From assembly GCA_964590225.1 (NCBI GenBank), contig CAZPWS010000011.1:4136-68135 (forward strand): DNA of 64,000 bases. Reading direction: 5' to 3'. Under the pieces are notes generated by a model. That model saw only the letters and a list, made by a program, of their open reading frames with translations, was not told the DNA's origin and ran no database searches. The DNA is from an uncultured Fibrobacterota bacterium (GTDB lineage Bacteria > Fibrobacterota > OXYB2-FULL-49-7 > JAEUSG01). The position numbers and the translations under genes are program-made. Of this stretch, positions 55,625 to 64,000 are shown piece by piece (positions within the stretch are counted from its first letter, which is position 1; every line of letters starts with the position of its first letter).

Positions 55625-56656
55625 TTACTTCGTTACTTTTACGCAGAGCTGACCACAAGCCGCGTCAATATCCCTGCCCCTGCTCTTTCTAACTGTAACT
55701 ATTACAGGACTTCTTAACAATGGAGCCATAAACAAATCAACCTCTTTTTCTGTTGGTGGATGAAATTCACTTTTTCTATATGAATCGTTATAAGGAATCA
55801 GATTTATTTTTGATGGTAACCGGGAAAGCCTTTTAGCAAGAGTTGCCGCGTCACTTGGAGAGCAATTTACCCCCCCAATCATCACATATTCAAAAGTAAT
55901 CTTTTCTCCTGTTATTCTCGCATAATTTGCAGCATGTTTTAAAAGAGTATCCATATCAAGCTCATATGCGTGAGGTATCAGAGTCTTTCTAATTTCATCA
56001 TTGGGGGCGTGCAATGAAACAGCAAGCCCAACGCCTCCCCCCTCTTTTGCGAGCCGTTCGAAACCCTCAATAATTCCCACCGTGGAGACCGTTATTCGCT
56101 TTGGGCTTATGCAAAAGGCTTCTTCAGAAACAACAACTTTTATTGAAGCCAAAACCGCATCGAGATTGTCTAATGGTTCACCCATTCCCATATAGACTAT
56201 ATTTGATATTCTCTCTTTCGTCAATAATCTTTTTGCTGCAATTATCTGGTTAAGTATTTCCCCTGTTGATAGGTTTCTTTTAAAACCCATCGATGCAGTT
56301 GCGCAAAGGCGACAACCCCGGGCACAGCCAACCTGAGTTGAAATACAAAGAGTAGTCCTCTTTTCGTCTGGAATAATTACACTCTCTACCGCAAGCCCAT
56401 CCCTAAGACGGAGAAGAAATTTTTTTGCACCATCGCTGGAAACCTGCAAATTCTCAATAACCGGTTCGTCGATATCAAATGAATCCGACAATGTCAATTT
56501 GAGTGCTGAATTAAAATTTGTTATGGACTCAAAATCAGAAACACACTTATTATAAAGCCATGTAAAAAGCTGGCGCGAACGAAATGCTTTTTCTCCTTTG
56601 GTGACAAACCACTCCTCAAGTTCAGCAAGCGGCAAGTCCTTTACAGAAAGCCTCAT
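55625..56656 (-). CDS. rlmN: Radical-SAM 23S rRNA/tRNA adenine-C2 methyltransferase RlmN/Cfr family
   Basis: STQVGCARGCRLCATA radical-SAM cluster motif in an RlmN context and a C-terminal Cys. 343 aa. Confidence 0.8.
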   Translation of the reverse strand: MRLSVKDLPLAELEEWFVTKGEKAFRSRQLFTWLYNKCVSDFESITNFNSALKLTLSDSFDIDEPVIENLQVSSDGAKKFLLRLRDGLAVESVIIPDEKRTTLCISTQVGCARGCRLCATASMGFKRNLSTGEILNQIIAAKRLLTKERISNIVYMGMGEPLDNLDAVLASIKVVVSEEAFCISPKRITVSTVGIIEGFERLAKEGGGVGLAVSLHAPNDEIRKTLIPHAYELDMDTLLKHAANYARITGEKITFEYVMIGGVNCSPSDAATLAKRLSRLPSKINLIPYNDSYRKSEFHPPTEKEVDLFMAPLLRSPVIVTVRKSRGRDIDAACGQLCVKVTK

Positions 56657-57747
56657 TTTTTTTTCTGAAGCGGCACAATATCCGTTCCACCATACATTCC
56701 AATGTCATTCACCGTGCCATCATTATCGTTGTACGCTCTTCCTTTTTCACCAGCATCAATAAGGCGTGAATAGCGGGAGAGCTGCCACGGCTTGTGCGGT
56801 TTCTTCCATTCATTTTCCCTTTTTACCGAAGCGGGAATTGACTCAACAATTGTGCGAGAAAGCCGCTTATTTGCCACATCAGAATCAATTGTATCGGTGG
56901 CGACAGTAACATCCCTTCTTATACTATCAAGATGGCTATTCGAACCCATAAAAACCGGATCAATAAAAATGTTTTCACCGTCGTCGCACGCATCCTTTCT
57001 ATGATTTATCTTCCGTATAAGTCCATACTCTGGCGGACAGTCGATAAGATGTCCGTCGAAATTGCCCCAGAATGCGTTATTTTTGACAACAAAGCGGCTC
57101 AACTTGTCACCAATAATGGCCGCGAAATTATAAGCAATTATATTGCTTGACAATAACGGATTAGAATTTTTTATTGTTACCGCAGCAGCCCGATTGTATA
57201 GCACATTGTTATTTCTTATTTGCGCTATACTGCCATTTTCAACTACAATTCCCTGATGATTTGCCACTATAAGATTATTCCTAATAATTGGAGAAGAATT
57301 CAGCAGTGTTACTGCTCTAAATGCACCTCTGATATCGGTATAGGCGACTGTTCCGGTACTCGCTCTATCATCTTCAAATATAATTCCATACCAAACTGGT
57401 TCATTGGCGGCAGAGTCGGAAATATCAGGACCAATCGAAATCCTGTTATTACTTGCGCCTACGCAATCAAGCCTTCCCTTGACTATAATTGCCGGCAATT
57501 CGCTTTCCTTTGCAATTGGATGGTCAACTGCTACCGTGCATAAAGTGGATTTTTGAATACGAATAACTGTTCCGGGCATAACAGTAACTGTAGTTTTATA
57601 GGGTATCAATACTGTGCCCGTAATCGTATATGGCCCTTTTTGAGGCTGCAATAACAGATCGTTATCTATCACACCACATAATTTTACTTCTGCCCTCACA
57701 GTAGCGAAAATGAACAGCAAAAACGCAATAGCGGCAAAACGGTTCAT
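56653..57747 (-). CDS. Exported right-handed parallel beta-helix protein (364 aa), paralogous at its N-terminus to the 31140-31865 product
   Basis: Signal peptide. PbH1-like repeats (NNLIVANHQGIVVENGSIAQIRNNNVLYNRAAAVTIKNSNPLLSSNIIAYN). The shared N-terminal module is PYTITGTVLIPYKTTVTVMPGTVIRI versus NPIIITGNIEIPDSVALKIKKGTIIRF. Confidence 0.65.
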   Translation of the reverse strand: MNRFAAIAFLLFIFATVRAEVKLCGVIDNDLLLQPQKGPYTITGTVLIPYKTTVTVMPGTVIRIQKSTLCTVAVDHPIAKESELPAIIVKGRLDCVGASNNRISIGPDISDSAANEPVWYGIIFEDDRASTGTVAYTDIRGAFRAVTLLNSSPIIRNNLIVANHQGIVVENGSIAQIRNNNVLYNRAAAVTIKNSNPLLSSNIIAYNFAAIIGDKLSRFVVKNNAFWGNFDGHLIDCPPEYGLIRKINHRKDACDDGENIFIDPVFMGSNSHLDSIRRDVTVATDTIDSDVANKRLSRTIVESIPASVKRENEWKKPHKPWQLSRYSRLIDAGEKGRAYNDNDGTVNDIGMYGGTDIVPLQKKK

Positions 57748-58701
57748 CTAATCCTCCACAGATATATCATTGAGCCTAAACATTGAGGCAGCAAGAATGG
57801 CTGCCACTTTTTTTGCATTTACAGATATCTTTGCGGTCTCTTTAGTTTTGCCCTCAAGCAAAGTTTTTTCATCAAAATTCACCACTTCCATCTGAGCAAG
57901 TTCTGTCATGAAATCACCATTAGAAAACAGCTTATCAGCACCTTCACCAAGCTTTGTAAGCGATAATTCACACATGCCATCTTTCTCACCCTTGGCGACC
58001 TTCACTGCATCGTAAAGAACCCGCAGTACGGTGATTGCCTCAACAGACAATGGCTGACTGGCTTCTATAGAAGAATCCGCAATTTCTCCCCGCTTATAAC
58101 TGGCAAATAGCTCGATGGCCGATTTATCCGGAACCTGAATACGGTTATTACCGATAGCTATTAGTTTATGTCTTTCAATCTCCTTTAAAGCGGCAAGAAC
58201 ACGGTCGTGCGGTAGGCTCATTATTTCCATTATTTCGTTTTTTGCAAATTTTAGATCAAGTTCATCGTGGCCTGATAACGAATCTTCCTTTTTCCTGTTT
58301 ATCATAAGAGTCAACATAGTGGCAATGTTTGCCACAGTGTCCGAATCGAGGGAGGCTCGCACCTTTCTATCGGTATCCCTAAGGCGAGTGCATAATATCC
58401 TAATGATTGCCAAAAACCACTCGGGCATCTGGTGTGATCGCTTCTCAAACTCCTCAACAGAGATAACCGAAGCCTCAACCTCATCAATTGCTTCTACCGT
58501 TGCAGAACGGGAGCGGCCATCAAGCATGGACATTTCACCAACTATGCCACCCTTGCCAATTTCACACAAGTCAATTCGTTGTCCCTTTTCCGTCCTGTAA
58601 ACTTTCACCTTACCGCGGTGTAATAAATACATCTCACGACTTCTATCATTTTCTCTGAAAAGAACTGAACCGCTTACAAAAATTTTATTTACAGGTGCCA
58701 T
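57748..58701 (-). CDS. cNMP-binding domain protein (317 aa) with an uncharacterised C-terminal helical domain
   Basis: N-terminal cNMP cassette (LCEIGKGGIVGEMSMLDGRSRSATVEA). Its stop abuts the start of the downstream beta-helix gene (57747/57748). Confidence 0.7.
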   Translation of the reverse strand: MAPVNKIFVSGSVLFRENDRSREMYLLHRGKVKVYRTEKGQRIDLCEIGKGGIVGEMSMLDGRSRSATVEAIDEVEASVISVEEFEKRSHQMPEWFLAIIRILCTRLRDTDRKVRASLDSDTVANIATMLTLMINRKKEDSLSGHDELDLKFAKNEIMEIMSLPHDRVLAALKEIERHKLIAIGNNRIQVPDKSAIELFASYKRGEIADSSIEASQPLSVEAITVLRVLYDAVKVAKGEKDGMCELSLTKLGEGADKLFSNGDFMTELAQMEVVNFDEKTLLEGKTKETAKISVNAKKVAAILAASMFRLNDISVED

Positions 58702-58767
58702 ACTATCTGTAAAATTAAGGCATTAGCGCATAAGTTTGCAAGTTTCACCTGAAATATCTGATTATAT

Positions 58768-60342
58768 TTGTTAAATATGCTTCCATTTCCCCCAATATCC
58801 TTCGCATATGTAGAAACTCACTTTAGAAAACGCCCCCTCCCCTCTTTCCTGTACAGAAAAGAGCCAGAAATCCTCTTTGATACCCCTTCCCGACTTGAAC
58901 CAGGCAAAAAACTTCCGGCCATGCTACTAATAAAAGACGCTAATCTCTTCCCTATTGAATTAATAAATATTACAGCAGCAATAGGACTAATAGAACAACA
59001 CCGAATATTTTTTAAGGAGTTTGTGCCGGAGCAAAAAAAAATCAACTCCAAAATTTACTTCCAGACAATGGAAATTCCGCTGCCCGTTGATTACTCTGGC
59101 CAGCTACATATAAATTTCAAGCTCGATTACCGGATAGGAAATTCTTTGCGATTTGTTTTGAATGATAATATTCCCAGCTTACTCCATGCACCATGCTCGC
59201 TTTTTATTGCAAACACCCCCCTTCCCGTGCCTTATGGCTGGATTACCGGCGATATGCACACACATTCGATATTTACAAATGACGAAGTTGAATATGGTGC
59301 GCCAATTGAAGTGATGCCCATGATGGCAAAAGCGATGGGTTTTTCTTTTGCTGCTTTACTCGACCACAGTTACGATCTTGACAATAAAAACCCATTTTCT
59401 GAAAAAGATTCTTTTTATTTACAAAAGCAATTCGCAAATAAACTTTCGGACGACACTTTCGCTCTTTTTTCGGGCGAAGAGGTAAGTCTTATTAACTCAA
59501 AAGGCAAGACAGTTCACGCAGGTGTTATAGAACCGTACTCATTGATAAATGGTTATAGAGACTCAGGGCGTACTTTTTCTACAAAAAATGATGCAAGAAT
59601 AGATGATCTTTCGCAAAAGAGCCAAGGTAAAATCATTTTTGCCACCCATCCTTGCCATTCTCCAGGTCTTTTTGAACGGATTCTCTTGAACCGTGGTTCA
59701 TGGAGCAGAAGTGATATCGATAATGTCAGTCACATTCAATTTATGAATGGAGCAATTGATACCTCCTTTTTTAAAGGTCGAGTGCTTTGGATAAAATCTC
59801 TTTTGAGAGGTAAAAAACTGTTTGCCGTCGCGGGAAGCGACGCGCATGGCGACTTTTCACAAACCCGAAGGATCGGCTTGCCGTTTATAAACGCAAGGAA
59901 AGATAACTCTCATAACTTTGGAATAAGCAGAACTGTCATTCCTTCAAAGATCAATAAAAACGATATACTTGATGCAATTAAAGAAGGAAGAGCAGTAATA
60001 TCAAATGGACCATTTCTATCTCTCCTTTTTAAACAGGAAAACCATCAGATTGAAACCGGACAAACATTTAGTGGAGAAGGTATTTTTAAAATAACTGCTA
60101 TCTCGACCAGTGAATTTGGAGCCATCACCGCCATCAAGCTATACCACGGCATTATTGGCACAAAGCGCGAAGAATTAATTTCAGAATGGAAACCCGAACC
60201 AAATATATTTTCAATGGATTGCGAATTTGCATTTGTTTCAAAAGAACATGGATATACAAGAGCTGAGATATATACAGGAAAAGGGCTAAACAGCATTACT
60301 GCTGGATACGCTGCAACTAACCCAATATGGAATGTGGAATGA
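58768..60342 (+). CDS. PHP-domain (polymerase/histidinol-phosphatase-like) metal-dependent phosphoesterase, 524 aa
   Basis: PHP motif series GDMHTHS ... ATHPCHSPG ... AGSDAHG. Confidence 0.6.
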   Translation: MLNMLPFPPISFAYVETHFRKRPLPSFLYRKEPEILFDTPSRLEPGKKLPAMLLIKDANLFPIELINITAAIGLIEQHRIFFKEFVPEQKKINSKIYFQTMEIPLPVDYSGQLHINFKLDYRIGNSLRFVLNDNIPSLLHAPCSLFIANTPLPVPYGWITGDMHTHSIFTNDEVEYGAPIEVMPMMAKAMGFSFAALLDHSYDLDNKNPFSEKDSFYLQKQFANKLSDDTFALFSGEEVSLINSKGKTVHAGVIEPYSLINGYRDSGRTFSTKNDARIDDLSQKSQGKIIFATHPCHSPGLFERILLNRGSWSRSDIDNVSHIQFMNGAIDTSFFKGRVLWIKSLLRGKKLFAVAGSDAHGDFSQTRRIGLPFINARKDNSHNFGISRTVIPSKINKNDILDAIKEGRAVISNGPFLSLLFKQENHQIETGQTFSGEGIFKITAISTSEFGAITAIKLYHGIIGTKREELISEWKPEPNIFSMDCEFAFVSKEHGYTRAEIYTGKGLNSITAGYAATNPIWNVE

Positions 60343-60728
60343 TATACGGGATAGGCACAGACATAATAGAAGTTGATAGATTAAAGAAAAGTCTGCAAAG
60401 AACTACCGGCCTGATCCACCGTATTTTTTCAGCAATAGAAATTAGTCATTGTACCAGCAATAATCAGGAGAGAAACCTAAATTTCGAAAAACTCTCTGCC
60501 CGATTTGCGGCAAAAGAGGCTTTCCTTAAAGCTTGCGGAACGGGGCTTCGCGGCGAATACAAACTCACCGAAATCAGTATTACAAATGATGAACTTGGTA
60601 AGCCGGCTATAACGCTTACAGGTAAATCCAAGAAAGAATTTGAAACAAACATCAACGGGAAAATATTTGTGAGCCTCTCCCACCTTCAGTCCATTGCACA
60701 AGCTGTTGTAATAATCGAAAAAAATTAA
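60327..60728 (+). CDS. acpS: Holo-[acyl-carrier-protein] synthase
   Basis: MIYGIGTDIIEVDRL start and a conserved AcpS fold signature (FAAKEAFLKACGTG). 133 aa. Confidence 0.8.
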   Translation: MECGMIYGIGTDIIEVDRLKKSLQRTTGLIHRIFSAIEISHCTSNNQERNLNFEKLSARFAAKEAFLKACGTGLRGEYKLTEISITNDELGKPAITLTGKSKKEFETNINGKIFVSLSHLQSIAQAVVIIEKN

Positions 60729-63001
60729 CTCTCTGTCCCATCCTGTTCGCGGAGAACTTCTGCCTTACACTTAATACAGCGATAAAAACTGCCTTTTGTC
60801 TTAGTTGACATTTCCATCATGATAGGATTTTCGCAAACTTCGCATTTTTTTTCTACCGGTTTGCTCCAGCTTGCAAATTTACATTTAGGATATTCGCTAC
60901 AAGAATAAAAAACTTTACCTCTTTGAGAGTACCTTTCAGCTATATAACCCGTGCAGTTTTCCTCTGGACATTTGACACCTATGGGAAAAGGCATTACACC
61001 CTTACATTCCGGATATCTTGAACAGCCCATAAACCTGCTCTTGCGCCATCTTTTTACAACCATCGGTGCACTACAAACTTTACATTTAATATCCGGCACG
61101 GCAGAATCGGAGGCGATATCCTCCTCAAGAGGTTTGGTAGTTTTACAGGCTGGATAGGCAGTACAGGCAAGGAAGCGGCCATTCCGTCCCCATTTTACAA
61201 CCATAGGCTGGCCACACTTTTCACAAACCTCATCACTTTTTTCTTCGAGCGCTTTCTTAAGTTCCTTAGCCTTATTTTGTGCATGTTCAAGATCTTTACT
61301 CATTGGTTCATAGAACTGCCGCAAGAGCTGAACCCAGTCATTTTCTCCCGATTCGACTTTGTCAAGTTTTTCTTCCATATTAGCCGTAAAACTGACATCA
61401 AAAATATCGGGGAATTCTTTAACAAGAAGCGTATTAATTGTTTTTCCTAAAAGTGAGGGGGCGAAACGACGCTGATCCTGCTCTACATACTCTCGCTTTT
61501 TTAGGGTATCGATTATTTGTGCGTAGGTGCTTGGACGGCCAATGCCCTGTTTCTCAAGTTCTTTAACAAGTGTAGCTTCACTATAGCGAGGCGGCGGCTG
61601 GGTAAAATGCTGCTCTTTGTCAAACTTTTCCGGTTTAACAACCTCTCCTTCGGATAAATCAGGGAGAATTACTGTGCCATCATCTTCAATGGCATCGGAA
61701 TCCGATTCATTTTTGTTTTGCTGTTCAATTAAACCATAAACCCTAAGAAAACCATCAAATTTCATTACCGAACCAGCCGCTCTGAATATTGTATTATCTA
61801 TCACAATATCGGCAGTAGTTAGGTCAAATTCGGCTGGTACCATCTGTGAAGATAGAAAGCGACACCATATAAGCTCATATAATTTGTACTGGTCCTTAGA
61901 TAGGAAACCTTTGATTTTTTCGGGTGCATAATCGGCAGAGATATAGGTTGGCCTTATAGCTTCGTGTGCATCCTGCGCCATTTCATTCTTTTTGTATTCT
62001 CTGAATGATTCGGGGAGGTAATTCGCACCAAATTCAGACTCAATGTAAGCCGCCGCCGCTGTTTTTGCCTCGTTAGATATACGGGTAGAATCGGTTCGCA
62101 TATATGTTATTAAGCCAACTGTGCTTTCGCCGAGATCGAGTCCCTCGTACAATTGCTGAGCAAGCGACATGGTTTTGGAAGCCGAAAAATGGAGCCTACG
62201 AGCAGCTTCCTGCTGAACCGTACTTGTTATAAAGGGTGGTAATGGATTCCTCTTCTTTGATCGACGGGAAATATCGCCTATACGCCATGAAGCGTTTTCG
62301 ACCTTTTTTACAATATCATTAACAGCTGATTCATTGGGTAACGCAGGATCCTTTCCATCTACTTTGAAGAGATTAACAAAAAATTGTCTGCCAGCGCTAT
62401 TTTTTACTGTTACCGCAAGAGTCCAGTATTCATCCTTTTTAAATGCCTCCCGCTCAGCTTCGCGCTCACAAATTAACCTCAGCGCCACTGATTGTACTCG
62501 GCCTGCAGAGAGGCCTCTATACAATGCCCGCCATAGAAACGGACTAACCTTGTAACCCACAATTCTATCGAGGAGCCGACGCGCCTGCTGTGCATTAACC
62601 TTACTCATATTAAGCTCTCGCGGCTCTTTAATGGCAGCGATAACGGCATTCTTTGTAATCTCATTAAGAAGTATCCGCTGGATGCGTGCTTTCGGATTTG
62701 ACTTACCGAGGATTTCCGCGATATGCCATGCAATAGCCTCACCTTCACGGTCAGGGTCGGGCGCAAGATAGATTGCGGATACCTTAGCTGCGGCTTTCTT
62801 TAGATCGGCAATTATTTTTGCCTTTCCCTTCATAGTTACATACTTGGGAGCAAAATCATTATCGATATCAATACCAAGTTCCTTAACGGGTAAGTCAATG
62901 ATATGCCCCATCGATGCTTTAACTACATAATCCTCTCCCAAATATTTGCCGATTGTCCGTGATTTAGCTGGAGACTCTACAATTATTAAATTCTTTGACA
63001 T
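60725..63001 (-). CDS. topA: DNA topoisomerase I
   Basis: Toprim start (LIIVESPAKSRTIGKYLG), active-site Tyr region, and three or four C-terminal Cys4 zinc ribbons. 758 aa. Confidence 0.9.
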   Translation of the reverse strand: MSKNLIIVESPAKSRTIGKYLGEDYVVKASMGHIIDLPVKELGIDIDNDFAPKYVTMKGKAKIIADLKKAAAKVSAIYLAPDPDREGEAIAWHIAEILGKSNPKARIQRILLNEITKNAVIAAIKEPRELNMSKVNAQQARRLLDRIVGYKVSPFLWRALYRGLSAGRVQSVALRLICEREAEREAFKKDEYWTLAVTVKNSAGRQFFVNLFKVDGKDPALPNESAVNDIVKKVENASWRIGDISRRSKKRNPLPPFITSTVQQEAARRLHFSASKTMSLAQQLYEGLDLGESTVGLITYMRTDSTRISNEAKTAAAAYIESEFGANYLPESFREYKKNEMAQDAHEAIRPTYISADYAPEKIKGFLSKDQYKLYELIWCRFLSSQMVPAEFDLTTADIVIDNTIFRAAGSVMKFDGFLRVYGLIEQQNKNESDSDAIEDDGTVILPDLSEGEVVKPEKFDKEQHFTQPPPRYSEATLVKELEKQGIGRPSTYAQIIDTLKKREYVEQDQRRFAPSLLGKTINTLLVKEFPDIFDVSFTANMEEKLDKVESGENDWVQLLRQFYEPMSKDLEHAQNKAKELKKALEEKSDEVCEKCGQPMVVKWGRNGRFLACTAYPACKTTKPLEEDIASDSAVPDIKCKVCSAPMVVKRWRKSRFMGCSRYPECKGVMPFPIGVKCPEENCTGYIAERYSQRGKVFYSCSEYPKCKFASWSKPVEKKCEVCENPIMMEMSTKTKGSFYRCIKCKAEVLREQDGTES

Positions 63002-63018
63002 TTTACTCCCTGCAAATA

Positions 63019-64000
63019 TCAGTGTCTGAAATGACGGGTTCCGGTAAAAATCATCGCAATACCTTTTTCGTTACAGGCCGCAATTACTTCATCATCCCGT
63101 TTTGACCCACTTGGCTGCACAATATACTTAATCCCAACTTCCGCAGCCTGCTCAATAGTATCAGCGAAAGGGAAAAAAGCATCCGATGCCATTACGCATT
63201 CGGCCATTCTCTCCCTTAGAAAAATATCAAATGGGGTTTCCGGTTTTGTTTCGTCGTACAACCTGCGAAAGTTTTCTTCTGCCTTAACTGCGGATAGTTT
63301 CCGTAGAGAATCAATTCTGTTAGGCTGCCCCGCTCCCATTCCAACCACACGATACAAACCGGGAGAATATTCATGAGCCAATACAATCGCGTTACTTTTT
63401 GTATGTTTACAGGCTTTATAGGCAAACTCCGCAAGTCCTCTTTTACCATCATCAAAAACAGTTTTTGTAACCGTTTCGAATTTCTCAAAAAGTAATGTAT
63501 CCCTATCCTGCTCAAGCATACCTCCTATGATATGCCTATAAACCTTACCCTGTAGCGGAGCGGCAACCTGACCATTCAACTTCAGGAGACGAATATCCTT
63601 CGATTTTGTTTTTAAAAACTCAAGCGCATCCGAATCGAAATCGGGAGCGATGAGAATCTCAACAAATCTGCCAGAAAGACGGCGCGCTGCTTTAATATCA
63701 ACAGTATCGGTTACAGCAATTACACTACCAAAGGCGGAAATTATATCACCACTCCATGCCATTTCAAGTGCCTGCTCAATTGAATTGCCAGTTGCATAGC
63801 CGCAGGGATTTGTGTGTTTAATAACGACAGCGCCCTTTTTACCTGCAAGTTCCTTAACGGCTTCAAGCGCCGCATCACCATCTACAAAATTATTGAATGA
63901 GAGTTCCTTACCATGCAGTTTTTTTGCGCTGCCAAGAGTCGCTTCTTCACTCTTCTGCCTGTAAAAAACCGCTGTCTGATGTCCATTTTCTCCATAGCGC
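63019..64000 (-). CDS. purH: Bifunctional AICAR transformylase/IMP cyclohydrolase PurH, C-terminal part. The gene continues past the window end.
   Basis: The C-terminal end ...IFTGTRHFRH is the PurH hallmark, and AFGSVIAV matches the AICARFT region. The ORF stays open upstream to position 64000. Confidence 0.8.
   Translation of the reverse strand, partial: RYGENGHQTAVFYRQKSEEATLGSAKKLHGKELSFNNFVDGDAALEAVKELAGKKGAVVIKHTNPCGYATGNSIEQALEMAWSGDIISAFGSVIAVTDTVDIKAARRLSGRFVEILIAPDFDSDALEFLKTKSKDIRLLKLNGQVAAPLQGKVYRHIIGGMLEQDRDTLLFEKFETVTKTVFDDGKRGLAEFAYKACKHTKSNAIVLAHEYSPGLYRVVGMGAGQPNRIDSLRKLSAVKAEENFRRLYDETKPETPFDIFLRERMAECVMASDAFFPFADTIEQAAEVGIKYIVQPSGSKRDDEVIAACNEKGIAMIFTGTRHFRH

Noticed and set aside
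1-64000. CRISPR arrays, tandem repeats, IS elements, prophage or toxin-antitoxin pairs
   Set aside because: I saw no regularly spaced direct repeats, no transposase, integrase or recombinase motifs, and no small adjacent antitoxin/toxin-like ORF pairs on reading through the window. Low-complexity A/T runs are short and scattered.

Overview
This 64 kb window reads as a gene-dense bacterial chromosomal segment of about 42% GC with no obvious mobile DNA. I found no transposase, integrase, phage genes or CRISPR array. My guess at the lineage is FCB-group or Fibrobacterota-like, because of the many exported beta-helix proteins and lipoproteins, an outer-membrane beta-barrel/PD40 giant, an LL-DAP aminotransferase, and both GluRS and GlnRS. 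That guess is inference only.

The housekeeping backbone is easy to recognise:
- the rimP-nusA-infB-rbfA-nrnA-truB-ribF-rpsO-pnp cluster;
- gltX and glnS;
- metX-metW;
- aroD, thiL, topA, acpS, lspA, rluD, truA, rlmN and a partial purH;
- two tRNAs: tRNA-Leu(CAG) on the minus strand and tRNA-Ala(GGC) on the plus strand.

The accessory content includes:
- carbohydrate enzymes: an E. coli GusA-like GH2 beta-glucuronidase, a GH29 alpha-L-fucosidase and a roughly 950 aa GH94-like protein;
- an MBOAT O-acyltransferase module;
- an unusually high density of nucleotide second-messenger and partner-switch parts: a PAS-GGDEF-HD-GYP protein, two stand-alone cNMP-binding proteins, two STAS proteins (one fused to a DUF2225-like zinc-ribbon domain), a mini HisKA-like protein and a PtsN-like EIIA.

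The most interesting candidate for an undescribed system is a tightly translationally coupled three-gene module at 35681-40291. It encodes a TLC/NTT-like nucleotide-transporter domain fused to a long HEAT-repeat array, a 156 aa cNMP-binding protein and an orphan periplasmic solute-binding lipoprotein, possibly behind a sigma-54-like promoter. A second recurring pattern is a nucleotide-signalling protein followed by a paralogous exported beta-helix protein (28328-31865 and 56653-58701). Other items worth a look are an orphan LarA-family racemase homologue, a probably missed 55 aa YjfB-like ORF, and a 978 aa barrel-TPR-PD40 envelope protein.

All functional calls rest on motif recognition by eye, with no database searches, so treat them with appropriate caution.
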